Assembly (NCBI GenBank): GCA_951406725.2 | Contig: OX597820.1 | Location: 26,226,001 to 26,290,000 of the forward strand | DNA from: Octopus vulgaris | Taxonomy: Eukaryota | Length of the DNA: 64,000 nucleotides | Reading direction: 5' to 3' | Shown: positions 60,631-64,000 of the stretch, piece after piece | How the letters are laid out: the number at the start of each line of letters is the position of its first letter | Numbering within the stretch: position 1 is the first letter of the stretch | Position numbers and translations under genes: made by a program | Notes under the pieces: model-generated | What the model was told of the DNA's origin: nothing | Databases searched by the model: none | What the model saw: the letters and a program-made list of their open reading frames with translations, nothing else

Positions 60631-61003
60631 GGTAAGCAAGCTACTTACCACACAGCCACTCCTACGCCTATATCTTCGCCCACTCTTACGTCTTCCTTAC
60701 TTTCTCATCACTTGCCCCAACTGATATTTCTTTGAACACATGTCTGGATTGCCATGTCATTGAGTCCAGCTAGTTCTTATCCTGTGGCTACTCACCATTA
60801 GCCTATGTTGAATTAGTGGTGTATTCTTCACTTGGAAAGGATTTAGCATTCACAGTCAGTTGCCTGGTTGAGTATGAAATTTATCTCAGTGGTTTGCATG
60901 TTTACCTTTTGGAAGCTGATCAGGCAGCTGGCCTGTTTTCTGAAGTTAGTGTTACAAATGGACAGTCAACCAGACTCTCTCTCTCTCTCTCTCACACACA
61001 CAC

Positions 61004-61039
<36 letters not shown>

Positions 61040-63310
61040 CCAGGCTTTGGCTCAATTTCCACAGAACAAATTTAACCTATAAGGTATTAGTCAACCTCTG
61101 TCGTGTATCTTTTACTTGTTTTAATTATTCTTCTGAACAGCAGAACAGTAATGACGAACTAGTAGATAGGAGATGGATGAGGGAGATGTATGATATTGGG
61201 AAGGTTGCAGGAGTAGGTGAGGAAGAGAGAGGTAGACATAGTGCATGAGGAGGATGAGAGACACACGGTGACAGGGGGTGGCTAGTTATTGTCTCAGGAG
61301 GTGGGTGAACAATGGAAGTGACAGGGGGAAGGCATTAGCCCCAGTTGTCTAGCAGTGGGATTGAACCTAGAACCATGTTGCTGCAAAATAAACTTCTTAA
61401 CCACATGGTTATGCATGCTGTTATATATAATTAAATTCAAATGTAAAATGTTTATTAAAATTTGCATTCTCTCTCCTAGTTGTTGTTGTTGTTGTTGTTG
61501 TTACTTAGCTTCTGGTCAGCCCTGATTGAACAGATCTATGACCAAAGGCATTCTCCTTATAACCATTCCATCTGTTTGTATAACAGGGTCTATATCATCC
61601 AAAATAGCTTTCATCATCATATCACACACACACGTACTTGTAGTCATCATCATCATCTAATGTCCATATTTCCATACTGACATGTGTTGGATAGTTTGAC
61701 AGGATTTGATGAACCCAAGGGTCTGCATTATGCTCCAGGGTCTTCTTTGGCATGGTTTCTATGACTAGATGTTCTTCCTAGCATCAACCATTTTACAACA
61801 TGTACTGGGTGCATTTTTTGTGCCATTTACACTAGTGAGGTCATCAGGTGGTTTGCAAGACTACAAATTAAAAACCCAGATGGGAGCAACTTTATGCTAG
61901 GAGACGAGATGAAAAAGATGGGTAACAGTATGAGATAAGGGATCAAGTCAGAACAGGTTTCTTGCTGTAGAGGAGCTACACATTTTAGAAGAGAAGGTGT
62001 GAGTGATAAACTGGAATAAGAGAGCAATGAAGGGATAGGGAGTAATAGATGAGTGAGTTCTGATCAGCAGAACAGTAATGACGAACTAGTAGATAGGAGA
62101 AGGATGAGGGAGATGTATGATATTGGGTAGGTTGTAGGAGTAGGTGAGGAAGAGAGAGGTAGACATAGTGCATGAGGAGGATGAGAGACATATGGGGACA
62201 GAGGAGGCTTGTTATTGTCTCAGGAGGTCGGTGAACAATGGAAGTGGCAGGAGGGAAATCAGTATTAATGCTTTAGTATTCAGATTTCTATGAAAAAAAA
62301 AATGAAATGTCTCTTTATTCACATTGATTTGAATTAGTCATGCATTACCTTGTAGCAGTGAGTGCGTGGCTTAGTGGTTAGGGTGTCAGCATCATGATTG
62401 TAAGATTGTGGTTTCGATCCCTGGACCAGGCGACGTGTTGTGTTCTTGAGCAAAACACTTCATTTCACGTTGCTCCAGTCCACTCAGCTGGCAAAAATGA
62501 GTAACGCTGCGATGGACTGGCATCCCGTCCAGCTGAGGAACACATACGCTATTGAAACTGGGCCCAAGAGCCTGGCCAGGCTTTAAAAGGGCGCATTTGG
62601 AGGTGCAATGGCCCAGTGGTTAGGGCAGTGGACTCGCGGTTGGAGGATCGCGGTTTCGATTCCCAGACCGGGTATTGTGTGTGTTTATTGAGCGAAAACA
62701 CCTAAAAGCTCCACAAGGCTCTGACAGGGGGTGGTGGCGACCTCTGTTGTACTCTTTCGCCACAACTCACTCTCTCTTCCTGTTTCTTGAATAACACTGC
62801 AATGGACTGGTGTCCCGTCCAGCTGGAGGGAACACATACACTACAGAAACCAGGAAACCAGGCCCATGAGCCTGGCTAGGCTTGAAAAGGGCAACGTTTA
62901 TCGTTTTTTTCTTTTTTAATGTGAGAGGCCAGATCTGGCTGGTTTGAAAATAGAACAGGTTATTTTGGCTGGATATGGCCAGTTTTAATACTAATGAGTT
63001 AATGAATGAAGGATGGATAGCGAGTGGTATCAAGAAAGAGCTGCCGTTAAGACAGTTGAGTGTGATCTGACTGCTATCTCTAGCCATTTATGAGACTGCA
63101 CTGAGGCTCTGTATTCAAGAGTCATCTAGTTGTTTGTTTAACCAAACTATCCTGTATTTACATGACCAACTTATTTTCCAGTTCTTCAACGCAATTCAAA
63201 GTGAAATAAATCATCTTTCTTGTTGTTAATCTGGTTAATCTCATTATCGGTCATATTGCCTTTGCTAAATTGTATTTTTTAAGTTGTGTATATTGTTGTT
63301 TTTGTTGCTG

Positions 63311-63713
63311 TAGTCGTCGTCGTCCTCCTCCTCCGGCTCCTCTCCTCCACCACCACTACCATCTCCTCCTCCTCCACCACTACCACCACCTCCTCCTCCA
63401 CCACTACCACCTCCTCCTCCTCCGGCTCCTTCTCTTCTGGCTCCTTCTCCTCTGGCTCCTCTTCCTCTCCTCCACCACCACCTCTTCCTCTACCACCACC
63501 TCCTCCTCCTCCTCTACCACTACCACCACCTCCACCTCCTCCTCTACCACTACCACCACCTCCTCCTCTACCACTACCACCACCTCCCCCTCCTCCTCTA
63601 CCACCACCTCCTCCTCCACCTCCTTCTTGCCGCTGCTCCTGCTGCTCTTCTTTTTCTTCTTTTTCTTCTTCTTCTTGCCCCCCACCTCCACCTCCTCCTT
63701 CTCTGCCTCCACA
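63311..63713. repeat. Compound (CCA/CCT/TCC/TTC)n trinucleotide low-complexity tract
   Basis: Mosaic of pyrimidine-rich triplet repeats giving open frames on both strands. Confidence 0.85.
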
Positions 63714-64000
63714 TTAACATCAATGCATCACAGCAACTATACATCAACATCAACCTTCCTGTCCCCACCTTCTCCCTAGTACTTGACTGGTACTTATACA
63801 TTATCAACTCCCCCCCTTTCTTCCTTCCTCTAACCCCCCCAATCACCCCCCATCCACACAGAAGTGATGAATGGCAAAACTAATCTCAGTGTATCCTTAA
63901 CACAGAACATTAAAAAGAAAGATAAAACAAGCCATAGACTAAAATACAGTGAGGCAATTTGTTTGACTCATTTATAATTCTACCAATCCTGCCGCAAATC

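Noticed and set aside
63270-63846. Poly-Pro (formin FH1-like), poly-S/T and poly-E/V ORFs
   Set aside because: All arise from one simple-repeat tract. A possible acceptor at 63313 exists, but there is no non-repetitive coding sequence or partner exon in the window.

Overview
AT-rich, repeat-dense animal genomic DNA. The SINE families and transposon remnants look like those of Octopus (coleoid cephalopod); this is my inference from repeat content, not a database result. Positions 162-44612 (+) hold the 3' nine coding exons of an Additional sex combs (Asx/ASXL) Polycomb gene. They splice in phase into one 5595-nt frame (1864 aa visible; N-terminus lies upstream), with the DEUBAD/ASXH domain spread over five small exons and the ASXL-type PHD finger at the C-terminus. 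Introns and the downstream 19 kb contain decayed mobile elements: Tc1/mariner, pogo, hAT and piggyBac MITEs, two Helitrons, R4/Dong-, HERO- and CR1-type LINE ends, a Penelope-like relic, an internally deleted Ty3/Gypsy element and four SINE-like families. Most notable observations: (1) the HERO-type retroelement 3' UTR has hammerhead-ribozyme core strands in a non-circularly permuted order; (2) three short local duplications, one a decayed copy of an ASXL exon, each with its apparent donor 0.9-3.3 kb downstream; (3) a ~68-bp micro-inversion that flipped the U5/PBS of the Gypsy 5' LTR; (4) a long palindromic element present twice with different central deletions. Repeat coordinates are approximate and all alignments were done by eye.
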